A DNA stretch of 64,000 nt from Fimbriosthenelais zetlandica (Eukaryota): contig OZ365116.1 of assembly GCA_977030845.1 (NCBI GenBank), positions 20,832,001 to 20,896,000 of the forward strand, written 5' to 3'. The notes beneath the pieces were generated by a model. It made no database searches. It was not told the DNA's origin and saw only the letters and a list, made by a program, of their open reading frames with translations. Below, one piece after another: positions 26,515-36,835 of the stretch. Numbering within the stretch: position 1 is the stretch's first letter; the number at the start of each line of letters is the position of its first letter. The position numbers were made by a program, and so were the translations under genes.

Positions 26515-29500
26515 TTATATGTCCATGTGTTCTAGCACCTTTCTTGATTCTTCCCTCTCCTTGCGAACAGCAGCTAATTCTTGTTCCTGCTTCCTCAACA
26601 TTTCCTTCAAGCGGTTAATCCGACCCATGGATGAATGAACGCTGGGAGTGGAATTGGAGGTGGGTTCTGATATCCCAGATGAACCATTCTTCTCCTTAGA
26701 TGAAGTGTTCAGATCGAAATCTGGCAAACCTGATACTTCCATCTCTGCTAGTAATCCACTGGAATCTTTATCAGTGCCAACCCTAACCACTGAGGTGTTT
26801 GAAGATAAGACATCACCATTTTCACCAGTCTTAAACTCATGTTCAGAATCCTCCCAAAAAGAAGAGTCTCTTTCGCTCACGCCCTCTTCTTCATTTCGCA
26901 ATGGTTCATGTTCAGAAGGAACAACTGATGGGACTTCTTTCAATTCAATATCATCACTAGGTTTACATTTTTTTTGTCTGCTATTAACTGATAGGTCGTT
27001 GACTTTTTGGTCTTTCAGTGGTCTACCCCTCAGTCTTTTCCCACCAACAATTCTGGTTGAGGTGAATGGATGAGCTCGTTTCAGATCAGAAGTACACTGA
27101 AGTGCGTCTGCAGCACTACTTTGGTCTTTTCCATGGAGGGATCGCTGGGTGCTACCAATACTAGAGGATGAATTTTGCTCGTCACATTTTTTTGAACTGA
27201 TATCACTATCACTGGGTTTTTGAAGAGTCTCTGTTATTTTTTCTACTCCAGAATCTTGCCCAGACTCTGGTCTCCCGGTCACCAAGCTATCATTATCCTT
27301 CACACACAGTTCAAGTTCTGACATTTTTCCATCACATGTACGTTCCTCAGCACTATCATACATTTCTGTCTTGGCTGGGTCTGTACAACAAATAACAGAA
27401 TTTTTCATTACTTTAGAAACTTTCCTTGGCCTTCCACGTAATCTTTTTTGAATTGCAGGAGGCAATGCCTGATCCCTGCTTTTTGTAGGACAATCTACCT
27501 GAGACTCTTTAGTTTCGTCAGGATGCTCTAACTCATCCTTGTTTGACACAATAGTGGGATTCTCCTCATCAGAGGCACAGCTGCTTGGGTGACTTTCATC
27601 ATCACTATCTAGCAGCGTTTTCTTGTTACGTTTTTTCCGTTTCGTCCTTTCACTTATACTGACTGAATACTTGGTGTAGGCTACAGTGTCTCCTCCACTA
27701 CCAGGCTCTGCGTTCACAACTTGTTTGCGAATGATTAACTTATTTAATTTCGGTGGTTTTCCTCTTGGTTTTTCAAATTCAATTTGATTATTAGTAGACC
27801 CTTGACACATTAGGTTTTCAACTTCATCAGTATCAGAAACACATTTAATTTCACTCTTGCTCATTGCAACTTCCTGAGGTTCACTAATTTGAGAAACAAT
27901 ATCTGTAGCACTGGACTTGGACCTTCCTCGCCTTTTCCTTGTTGAGGTTTCAGGTGTGTCTATTCCACTGTCAATGACATGCTCATTATCATCATCTTGC
28001 TTTGTTTCTGTTTTGACCTGGACGCCATCAATAGTGTCCTCTACTTTACAGGCAGTCTTGGTTTCTCTGGCCTCCTGATTATTTAAACCTGAAGTAATGT
28101 TGTCCTTTGTTTCAGAAGTATTCTCTGCAGACGGTTTTTCTGAAGGATCTGCTTCTGCCTTGATATTATCAGTAATCTTGTTGCTCGTGTTCTCTTCTGT
28201 AGAAGTACCCACTCCAGGATCACCTCCAAACAGATCATCTACATTGAGACTGCTCAAACTGTTCAGCGTCTGACGGACTTTAATATTATTTTTCATCTGC
28301 ATATTGGCTAACTTTTTCAATTCTAATTCTCTCGACCTCTGGCTTGTCCTTGCTCCCCTAGGGCGACCCCTTTTTCTTTTAAAAGGGAAGGTATTGATAG
28401 AATCATTGATGTTAGCACCCAGAGTGTCCTCTCTCTCAGCCAACATTCTGTCTATGGTTTTGCATCTGGGCCTTCCTCTTCCTCTACCTCGACCTCTTTG
28501 TCTGATGGGACTAGAAGTTGAAGGGAAGGCTTGGACAGAGTTATCGCCAGGGCTATTTGGCAGCCTCATTTCTTCAGGTGGAGATTCATTATTCTCAGGC
28601 TGATTATCATGTTGCCTGAAGAGATAATTGCCTCTCCCTCTACCTCGTCTTCTTGGGATGCAAGTGTAAGTAGGATTCGGTAAATTTTGATCATTTACCG
28701 GACCCCCCAGATCGCATCTCTGGGCTTCTAAAAGGTTCCGAACAGTCCTTAACTTCTTTGGTCTTCTTTTTCCGGCAAGAATATCTTTCACAGTTAGGGG
28801 AGCCAAAGTAGATTTGTCTGTCTCTTCCTCTGGTCTGTCTGTTGGTGAATACATAGGTTGGGGGTCAAGCGATAACATTTGTGCGTTCAGTGGCTGAATT
28901 TGAAATGGTTGGGTTAGGAATGGCTGGGGTTTCATGGACAAAGGACGCAAGGGTTTTACTGATTCTGTGTTCAGTGACTGGGGACTCTCCTTTAGTGAGA
29001 TGACACTAGTTATTTTCAAAGCCATTGGTTCACCATCAAGTGTGGACTCATCTTCTGGCCCAAGTGGTTTTATTTTAATTAAATCATTCAGTAATCCATG
29101 TTCATTTTCATTGGGCTGCTCAAAATTCACTGGGGTCTCAGTATGATCATGTTGATTTTCTTGAATTGATGGGTTGTAGTCTACTTGATTTTCCATGGGT
29201 AGGCTTTCCTGTAAATTAGATTCAAGAGTATGTTGATCTGACTGTGAACTAACATCGGAATGTACATCAGGGACAGTATAACTAATTTGGTCTGTAGGAG
29301 AATGTCTTTGACCTTCTGATGAATCAGAAAGTAAAGGAGAGAAAGGTGCGCTGGTGAACACAGGAGGTGTCAAATTAACAAAAAATTCACCAGACACCTG
29401 AACAACAAAATCATCAGAGTCATTCTGAGATACTTCAGGCTTCTCAACATTTCTTAAATCCACAATGATTCCACCTGGCGTACCCTGTCCTTTTGTATCA

Positions 29501-32478
29501 AAAATATTTAGAAGATTATTAGTATTGACTTTGTATAACAAGGCACCGTCTCCCGAGACTTTGGAGCCATCACTGGTGTTGGATCTCTCGTCTTTCTGGG
29601 ACAGACATGTATCAGCTTCAGACGTTGGATCAGTGGTCTCTGATTTCTTCTCTGAGCAGCTCGCTGGTGATTTAGTATTGATCAGAGATGGTAAGAAGTC
29701 TGAATCATTCTTAGATGTTAATGTATCAGTTGGTATTTTAGATGGTGATAATTCTGGGGCAGTAAGGGATGGTGATAATTCTGTAGCACTGACAGTTTTC
29801 TCTGGTGCTTCATCAAGTTGTAAAGTTCGAGATTTTGTTGATGATTCCTCTGCATGTGTCGGTGATTCGCCAGAGTTTGAACATAGCAATGATTCCTCAG
29901 CGCTAAGAGTACGTGATGTGTCCAGGGATGATGATGACAGGTCAGCAGTCACAGTCTGTGAGGAATCAAGGGACGCTGACAAGTCTCCACAACTCTTAAT
30001 CGGTGACAATTCTTTAGCACTGAGAGTCTGTGGTGAATGAGGCAGGGATGACAGATCTCCAGGACATGTTAACATTTCTGAACTTTTGAGATCCACTGAT
30101 GAATCTGTACTTTTTACACACAAGGGTGATTCAGTATTTGTGACAGATGATATTTCTGGAGTTTCTTCAATGTTTGATGATTCTGTGGGTTTTTCATGTG
30201 TTGATAAGTCTGTGGTTTTTTCAGGTGTTAATGAGTCGGTGGTTTTTACAGGTGTTGATGCTTCAGGCGTATTTATAATTGGAGACGGTTCGTTATTTAC
30301 ATCTTGTAATGAAACAACATTTGTCAGGGATGGTTCAGGATCAGTTTCAAGAGATTTTAAACCTGTAGTTACAGGTTGTGTAGGACTTAGAGGTGGTATT
30401 AATTTAGAAGTTTCTACAGGTGCTGACAAATCTGTAGCACTTGGAGAAGGGGTAGAGTCCTCAGCACTGGGGCATGAAGGTTCTGTATTTCCAACAGGTT
30501 CAGGACTTCTTGGAGACAACTGCAGCTCGGCGGTTTCTGATGTTCGGGTCCCCTGATCAGGTTCATCTTTAGGATCCATTCTCTCTTCTTTAGGGGGCTT
30601 AATTCTATTTTCTTCAGTATCCAGTCCCTCTTCCTGATCCTTTGCTTTAGGCTCCATTCTTTCTTCTGATTTCTGAGGAGCTTTCACATCCTCCTCCTGT
30701 TCTTCATTTGGTTTCTCAGGTGCAGGCCCTGTTTCCTTGTCTAGCGTCAACGGTTGATGGTCAAGACAGGCTTTAGACTCCTCAGCACCAACATCTGTAT
30801 CAAGAATATTTGATGTATCCCGAATTTTACACTCATTGTCCTTATCAATAGATGGACAATTTTCCTCCTTCTCCGGGCTACTTATTTTCACATTGAGTCC
30901 CTGCTCTGTTGCATATTGGTCAGTATGTATGTTGCCTTTACTTTCATGATGTTCTTGATTTAACACAGAAGGCTTATTGTCTATGTCAGTCACATCTGTA
31001 GCTTTTATGTCAGTACAGTCTGATGTAGTGCTGCTCATTACTGGGTGTTCTTTATTCAAGCCAAGTTTCCCTGAACAACTCTTCCTGGCTGTGTGTGTCT
31101 TAGCCCCACCATCTTTCTTGGTTATAGCACCAGGCATTATCATATCAGGAAGTATCTCCCTCAGTTTATCATCTAACATGGCCTCTCTCTGTTGGAGATC
31201 ACATTCATCACTGGCCTTTGTACATTCACCAGCAATAACTTCTCTAAATCTAAACTCTATTCCCTTTGAAAATCCCTGTATCATACCAGGAGCATCCTGC
31301 ACAACAATGTCCCTACCATCCCTCTCTCCTTGACTCAGTAGGTGGGACAAATCTGGTACGCTATTTTCTTCACCGTCTTCATTTTCCACTAGGTGTTCCT
31401 TTATGTCTAGGTTGATCTGCAGTTCATAAGCCAGCTCCTGTGCTTCTTTTATATTTTCATCATCTTCAAATGTGGTCTTGTACAGACCAGACTCGGTAGA
31501 TTCAATCTCAGATGTACGACAGTCGTTACTAAATTCTGCCAGACGGTCAACTACAGAAGACATTTCATTTGCTGTGTCAGTGGATGAGGAAGACCGATCA
31601 TCATCTTCAGACTTGTTTGGCTCTAGATGTGCTTGGCTGGTCGTTAGGGGAGGGGCATCAGGAGCAATGGAAGCAGCATCTCCAGTCAAACTAAACACAC
31701 TTCCAATCTTCAATCCTAAGTCATCACTATTATCACTATTATTATCACAGACTTCATTCGGAGAGCTCGGTTCAGGCCCTCTGGCAGAAGTACTCAGTTG
31801 AGTAGTTGTATTGGTAGAATCTGTCAGAAGAGTAGAAATGGCTTTCTTATACCAGGGTTGGTCCTGTTCTTTACTGGCACTCAATAAGGTGGTTCTCAAG
31901 ATACTTTTGGCAGGTGACCTCGGTTGAGCAGTGGGGGTAACTAGTTTGACCCCTGGTTGTAGAATGTTGTTTGAGATCATTCTAGGAGCTGATGCACCAC
32001 TTGTACTGATTACAGAGCTGGGGATGAACAAACGGCCACCAGAAGGAAGAGTTAAAGAGCTATGTGGTCCTGATATGACAGGCACTGTACCCACACTGCT
32101 ACTGACCACTTGTTGTCCTACCTGAGGTGACAACATTCTCACAACCCGGGTGGGAGTTCCACTATTAACAATTCGAGTACCGGGAGGCGATACATTGTTA
32201 TATGTTAATAGTGGTGACATATTCTGAATATTTGGAGCCCTTGGCGTAGACGACACAAGACGTATCACTTTCTTGATCGCTGGCGTAGTAGTGGCAGTAG
32301 TTCTTGGTGGTGGAGTCATCCCTATCGGTAGGAGCAAGGTTTTGGGTATTCCATTAACTGTAGCTTGAATCAGCTGGTATCTCGGTGGTTTAGATGCCCC
32401 TGTAGATGCAGTGGATAATGTGACTGTGTTGGGAACATTGCTCTGCGTCACAACTGTTATTCCTTTTATATTAGCCAT
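26515..32478 (-). CDS. Giant disordered nuclear protein A (1987 aa from the first ATG) with AT-hooks and C-terminal coiled coil; single coding exon
   Basis: 6-kb uninterrupted ORF; first in-frame ATG at 32478 (the track start is a TTG). Four RGRP AT-hook cores, psi-K-x-E motifs (IKAE, VKTE), and terminal MGRINRLKEMLRKQEQELAAVRKERE. Confidence 0.9.
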   Translation of the reverse strand: MANIKGITVVTQSNVPNTVTLSTASTGASKPPRYQLIQATVNGIPKTLLLPIGMTPPPRTTATTTPAIKKVIRLVSSTPRAPNIQNMSPLLTYNNVSPPGTRIVNSGTPTRVVRMLSPQVGQQVVSSSVGTVPVISGPHSSLTLPSGGRLFIPSSVISTSGASAPRMISNNILQPGVKLVTPTAQPRSPAKSILRTTLLSASKEQDQPWYKKAISTLLTDSTNTTTQLSTSARGPEPSSPNEVCDNNSDNSDDLGLKIGSVFSLTGDAASIAPDAPPLTTSQAHLEPNKSEDDDRSSSSTDTANEMSSVVDRLAEFSNDCRTSEIESTESGLYKTTFEDDENIKEAQELAYELQINLDIKEHLVENEDGEENSVPDLSHLLSQGERDGRDIVVQDAPGMIQGFSKGIEFRFREVIAGECTKASDECDLQQREAMLDDKLREILPDMIMPGAITKKDGGAKTHTARKSCSGKLGLNKEHPVMSSTTSDCTDIKATDVTDIDNKPSVLNQEHHESKGNIHTDQYATEQGLNVKISSPEKEENCPSIDKDNECKIRDTSNILDTDVGAEESKACLDHQPLTLDKETGPAPEKPNEEQEEDVKAPQKSEERMEPKAKDQEEGLDTEENRIKPPKEERMDPKDEPDQGTRTSETAELQLSPRSPEPVGNTEPSCPSAEDSTPSPSATDLSAPVETSKLIPPLSPTQPVTTGLKSLETDPEPSLTNVVSLQDVNNEPSPIINTPEASTPVKTTDSLTPEKTTDLSTHEKPTESSNIEETPEISSVTNTESPLCVKSTDSSVDLKSSEMLTCPGDLSSLPHSPQTLSAKELSPIKSCGDLSASLDSSQTVTADLSSSSLDTSRTLSAEESLLCSNSGESPTHAEESSTKSRTLQLDEAPEKTVSATELSPSLTAPELSPSKIPTDTLTSKNDSDFLPSLINTKSPASCSEKKSETTDPTSEADTCLSQKDERSNTSDGSKVSGDGALLYKVNTNNLLNIFDTKGQGTPGGIIVDLRNVEKPEVSQNDSDDFVVQVSGEFFVNLTPPVFTSAPFSPLLSDSSEGQRHSPTDQISYTVPDVHSDVSSQSDQHTLESNLQESLPMENQVDYNPSIQENQHDHTETPVNFEQPNENEHGLLNDLIKIKPLGPEDESTLDGEPMALKITSVISLKESPQSLNTESVKPLRPLSMKPQPFLTQPFQIQPLNAQMLSLDPQPMYSPTDRPEEETDKSTLAPLTVKDILAGKRRPKKLRTVRNLLEAQRCDLGGPVNDQNLPNPTYTCIPRRRGRGRGNYLFRQHDNQPENNESPPEEMRLPNSPGDNSVQAFPSTSSPIRQRGRGRGRGRPRCKTIDRMLAEREDTLGANINDSINTFPFKRKRGRPRGARTSQRSRELELKKLANMQMKNNIKVRQTLNSLSSLNVDDLFGGDPGVGTSTEENTSNKITDNIKAEADPSEKPSAENTSETKDNITSGLNNQEARETKTACKVEDTIDGVQVKTETKQDDDNEHVIDSGIDTPETSTRKRRGRSKSSATDIVSQISEPQEVAMSKSEIKCVSDTDEVENLMCQGSTNNQIEFEKPRGKPPKLNKLIIRKQVVNAEPGSGGDTVAYTKYSVSISERTKRKKRNKKTLLDSDDESHPSSCASDEENPTIVSNKDELEHPDETKESQVDCPTKSRDQALPPAIQKRLRGRPRKVSKVMKNSVICCTDPAKTEMYDSAEERTCDGKMSELELCVKDNDSLVTGRPESGQDSGVEKITETLQKPSDSDISSKKCDEQNSSSSIGSTQRSLHGKDQSSAADALQCTSDLKRAHPFTSTRIVGGKRLRGRPLKDQKVNDLSVNSRQKKCKPSDDIELKEVPSVVPSEHEPLRNEEEGVSERDSSFWEDSEHEFKTGENGDVLSSNTSVVRVGTDKDSSGLLAEMEVSGLPDFDLNTSSKEKNGSSGISEPTSNSTPSVHSSMGRINRLKEMLRKQEQELAAVRKEREESRKVLEHMDI

Positions 32479-33399
32479 GTCTGTAGCATTCCACTCAGGC
32501 AGTGGATAAGTGGATTCGTTTTGAAAATGGTAGTACTGAATTATGAATGCCAAAAGGCTGACGCAGGATCAAAATGGAGCCATACGTTCATCTGAAACAG
32601 AAAGAAATCTCGTGGTCAAATTTCAATGATTTAAAAACAGCCACTTCATCTGATATTTGCATATAACCTACTTAGTCCTATAATTTATAGCAACATATGA
32701 TTGTGAATTTAATAGTAGGGCTGAGGGCAAAATATTATAGAAGCACTGCCACACCCCTTTCTGTGAAAACCCATACACCATCAGATAACGGTATACACCT
32801 TGATAGTCATAAATAAAAGGAATATTTTGTGGTGAGCTTATTGATATTTAATGTATTGGAGGCATTAACCCCAGCCCTACCACTGTGTCAAGATGACATG
32901 CTGCTCATTCCGTACCACATACATCAACATAACTAAAACCTCGTGGTCTCTATGAGTTCCTCTACCAACTATAAAGCCAATACTCACCCACATATCAATG
33001 AGACTAAGCTTTATAATCCAATACTGGCCTCAATTTTTGCAAACTTCGTCTTCCACTAGCCGAGACTGGCTGCTCAACACTTCCGACAGACATTATTTGG
33101 CCTACCACGCAAACTCACTGCCTTGTTTATCCCAGTATGACCTCATTATGAATCTGGACCGGAAAATGGATATTCAGGTTCCGCTGCGGTATTTCGATGG
33201 TCCTACCACATAAAATCAGCATACGAGGCTATAACAAAGACAACTTTCAATATAAATGCAGAACATGTAATAATATAAGAATATACCTAAATTCCTGAAC
33301 CTACATAGTCATATTATTTAAAATGAGCATGATAAAAATGATCATTTATTTCAGCTTGATGTCACACCCGAGACAGACCGGAAGTGTGCCAACAGCAGC

Positions 33400-35850
33400 G
33401 GTGGGTTAGTTCACGTTTCTCCCGCGTGGCGGCATAACCGTTCTAAAGAAAAATGGCTTAAAAGAAACAAACTGTAGGCCTACTGCCCGGGCCTACTGTA
33501 AGCCTAGAAGCTGTTTATGACTTCAACTTTTGTCCATCAAACTCACATCAGAGCTGTTCATTCATCTAGGACTATATATAGACCTCGAGGCGAATGGGGA
33601 TCATCGACCCCGCCCACCATTTTTCCTCTTCTTTTTTTTCCTTTTTTTTTTTTTGGGGGGGGGGGGGGGGGGGCGGTGGTGCTTCCTTAATTTTATCTAG
33701 GCATATGACTATGTTACGCCAAAATAGGCCTAAAGTTTTTGCCCCCGCCTAGAGCTCTTTTCTCAGCTAGGCCCGACCCCGCCAGGCGGCGCCACATCGC
33801 ACATGCATCTGCCCATGTTTTTTTAGGCCTAAGCACAGACTATGGCCTTTAGCAATGTCAAGGAACGAGATAGCTAGGCCTATATATATATAGTTAGGCT
33901 ATAGTTAGGTTATAGGCCTAGGTCTAGCTCCTAGGTCTAAGGCCTAGGCCTACTGGCTTGGGCTGTCCGGGGGTGGGTGTTCAAAAAGCAAAAAAATCGT
34001 GACATCCTTTAGGCCCTATGGATAGCCCCTGAAAGGCACATAATTAAATTTTCTTCACTCTCAATAAACTTTCCTTTAAGAATCGGACTTAAAATTCCAC
34101 GTGAAAAAATACAATAGGCCGAATCAGTTGTGATCAGGAGTTCTTTCCTAACAAATCATAGATTAGGCCTAGACCTAGTCGCCTCCGTAAGAAGGCGGGC
34201 ACAGTCATTGGATGAAAGTAAACTAGGCCTATCAGAGCCTCGCGTCCACTTTCCTTCCTCTCCAACCAACTCCTCTCCCCTGCTCCTTCTCACAGAGCCC
34301 TCGCCACCAGAGCGAGGCTGTTACCATAAATAGAACTAGCGTCTCATTACACACGAGAATGCGCGAGAGTCTACTGCGCACCCAACATCCGGGTAGCGTC
34401 AGTCCGCGCATGCGCATGGCATGACCAAAACAAAGCCTGCCGAAGCACTTCCCCGATAGGTTGCGCGTCTCTACTTCGAGTTTATACGTGGTTAATTGAA
34501 GGTATGTTCTGTATTATGAGTTTGCCTTGAAATATGACTGTCATAGAAGTTATTGAAGGAGTATTGGGGACAGGAAGGGACGAGATAGTGTCATAGTTGA
34601 TGGGAGTAGTGGGCAGGTTCTGAGTCGATTGTGTGCGCAACATCCGCCATGGGCAGTCTCGCCTCTCCACACCTCGCGCTCTCATTGGTCCGCTCCCTAG
34701 CCTCGCTTTGGAGTGGGGTTAGGTTTGAGGCGTCTGGAAGCGCCTGCTCAATGCCTCTAGTTAGCGCCTCTTGATATATTTTGGATGTTATTGAGAGATG
34801 TACAGCGTACTATTGAAAAGTTGTCATGTGGCTGAAGTCTTAAAGGTGTTGTTATTGGAATAGGGCTATACTAGGTCTGCTGAGCACTAGGCTTATCAGA
34901 CTGAGAGTTTAACTTTAAGAATCTATTGTCAGTTTCCAGAATATCTATGATATAGGAATATGCCCATCAGGTTTACAGAAAGACAAATTGATGTCCATTT
35001 GGAGATTTTCTTTTTCCAGGCCAATGTTTTGAATGTCATTTAGGCCTATGCAAGGCCTAAATGTGGGTTATATTTTCAAGTAGGCTCTCACATCACTTTT
35101 TTGGGGGGTGGTGGCCAGGCCCAGGATTGTGTAAATCCCTGTGAAATATTTGGGAGTGAGGGCCTGCTAAATGGGACAGTGGTGGACCTAGAGGCCGGCC
35201 TAATCCTAAGTCACGTTCCCTGATAAGCCTAGGCCAATAGGCCTATGCCTAATAATGCTTAAGAGCGTTCAGTTCCTAGCATGTCTACAGTCTAAGTCCA
35301 GGTCAAGTGAAGGTCAACCCGACGACGACCTATGCATAGCCTAGGCCCACTGCTCAATCTATTAGGCCTAGTCTACTATAGGCCTAGGCCTACTACTAGG
35401 CCTATATGCTACCTATGCCTACCGACACTGTTTTGCTATAGCCTGAGAAAATAAGGCCTATAGGCCTAACCAGTATCAGGAATAGCCCTAGGCCTATATA
35501 TCCCCTTTGCTTAGGCCTATCGGGTATCCATACCCGTCTTCCCCATCCACGTCACAATGTTGACACACTACCCCCACCCACCCCTTCCCCCCTCCCGCAC
35601 ATTCACACACCCGTGTGTGCGTTCTACCACCCATGACCTGAAAGAATCACGTGATTCTTGTGCCCATATATGGCGTGGGCGATGTCACGTGGTCGGTATT
35701 GAGGATGTCGGGCGTTATGAGCGCTGCTGCTGCTGCCGCTGCCGCTCCTCCCATCCCTCCCGCCCATCTACTCTCTCTGTGTGACTCCGTCTATAGGCCT
35801 AGAGGCTACAACAGTCTACTGCAGTTCACTATGTTATCTTGCGGGGAGCA
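33400..35850. promoter_or_regulatory. Bidirectional promoter region of the giant pair: CpG-rich core with NRF1 site, flanked by TAGGCCTA clusters
   Basis: CGCGCATGCGCA at 34405-34416, CCAAT boxes (ATTGG near 34206 and 34684), ETS CCGGAAGTG at 33378-33386 just outside, and 18 perfect TAGGCCTA between 33475 and 35801. Confidence 0.7.
33642..33673. repeat. T13-G19 homopolymer junction
   Basis: 13 T (33642-33654) directly followed by 19 G (33655-33673). Confidence 0.9.
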
Positions 35851-36835
35851 ATGGCCTACAGCTCTCTTCCACTGATATAATGATTATCTACACGAATTTG
35901 TATAGGCGGGGACCAATCTAATATTTTTGATATTATACTGGTCATCAGTCATAATTTCAAGCTGAATATGAAATAAAATAGAGCTGTCAGATTTAATAAT
36001 ATTTGGTAGAAAACTGTAAGTGAAAGTGGTAGATCAATTTACAGTCCACCTGAATGTTTACACCTGGGCTGAATGTATGCCGCTCTGGGGGTCAGAGAAA
36101 TCATCTGGGTAAAGCCTGAAGGTGTTAATACTTAGTGTAATGCTGTGATACTAACAAGTATAAATGGAATCCTGGATCATGGGAAAATTAATTTAAATTG
36201 AAAAGAATACAAAGAAAAACTAGTGAAACTAAAGCTAAACTTAAAAATGCCAAGTACATGTAGGCCTATTAATATAGTAAATTAGGACAAATTTATTCTC
36301 TACCATATTCTTTAACCAAATTTTGTTTTAATTTTTCAGTGGATTCACATAGAATGACGAAAAGTGTTTAATCCACTCTGTGGAAGCAAGGCCCAGGGCC
36401 CGCTTCATCACTCAGTGACGAGGACCCATGAATATTCATGTAAGTTACTCTCATCTATTACAATTCTCCAAGTACGAAGTTTAGTAGATAACTATTGTAA
36501 ATGATGAAGGTGAACTATTGTGTTGGGCTCCAGTATCGGTCAGTTGGACTGTCAGCTAAGCCCTCCTTCCGTCGGTTTTATTGAGGTATAATTAACAAGT
36601 GAATATGTATGAGAATGTGATATAATAAGGTAGATCAGTAGAGGAGAACAAAGACTAGAGCTGTTAGCATGGTGGACAAAGGGTAAACTATTGATATTCA
36701 CTTTACAATAATTATTTAATCATAATATATGTAGCACTATATATAAACATTTGATGGTCATCTATAATCGCTGTTGCATAATTTAATTATATGAATGTTA
36801 AGAAATAATAAATCAATATTTCTGTTCTTTTCAGA

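Noticed and set aside
32479-32553. ORF-track N-terminus MAFIIQYY... of protein A
   Set aside because: It starts at TTG a few codons after an in-frame stop; the first ATG is at 32478.
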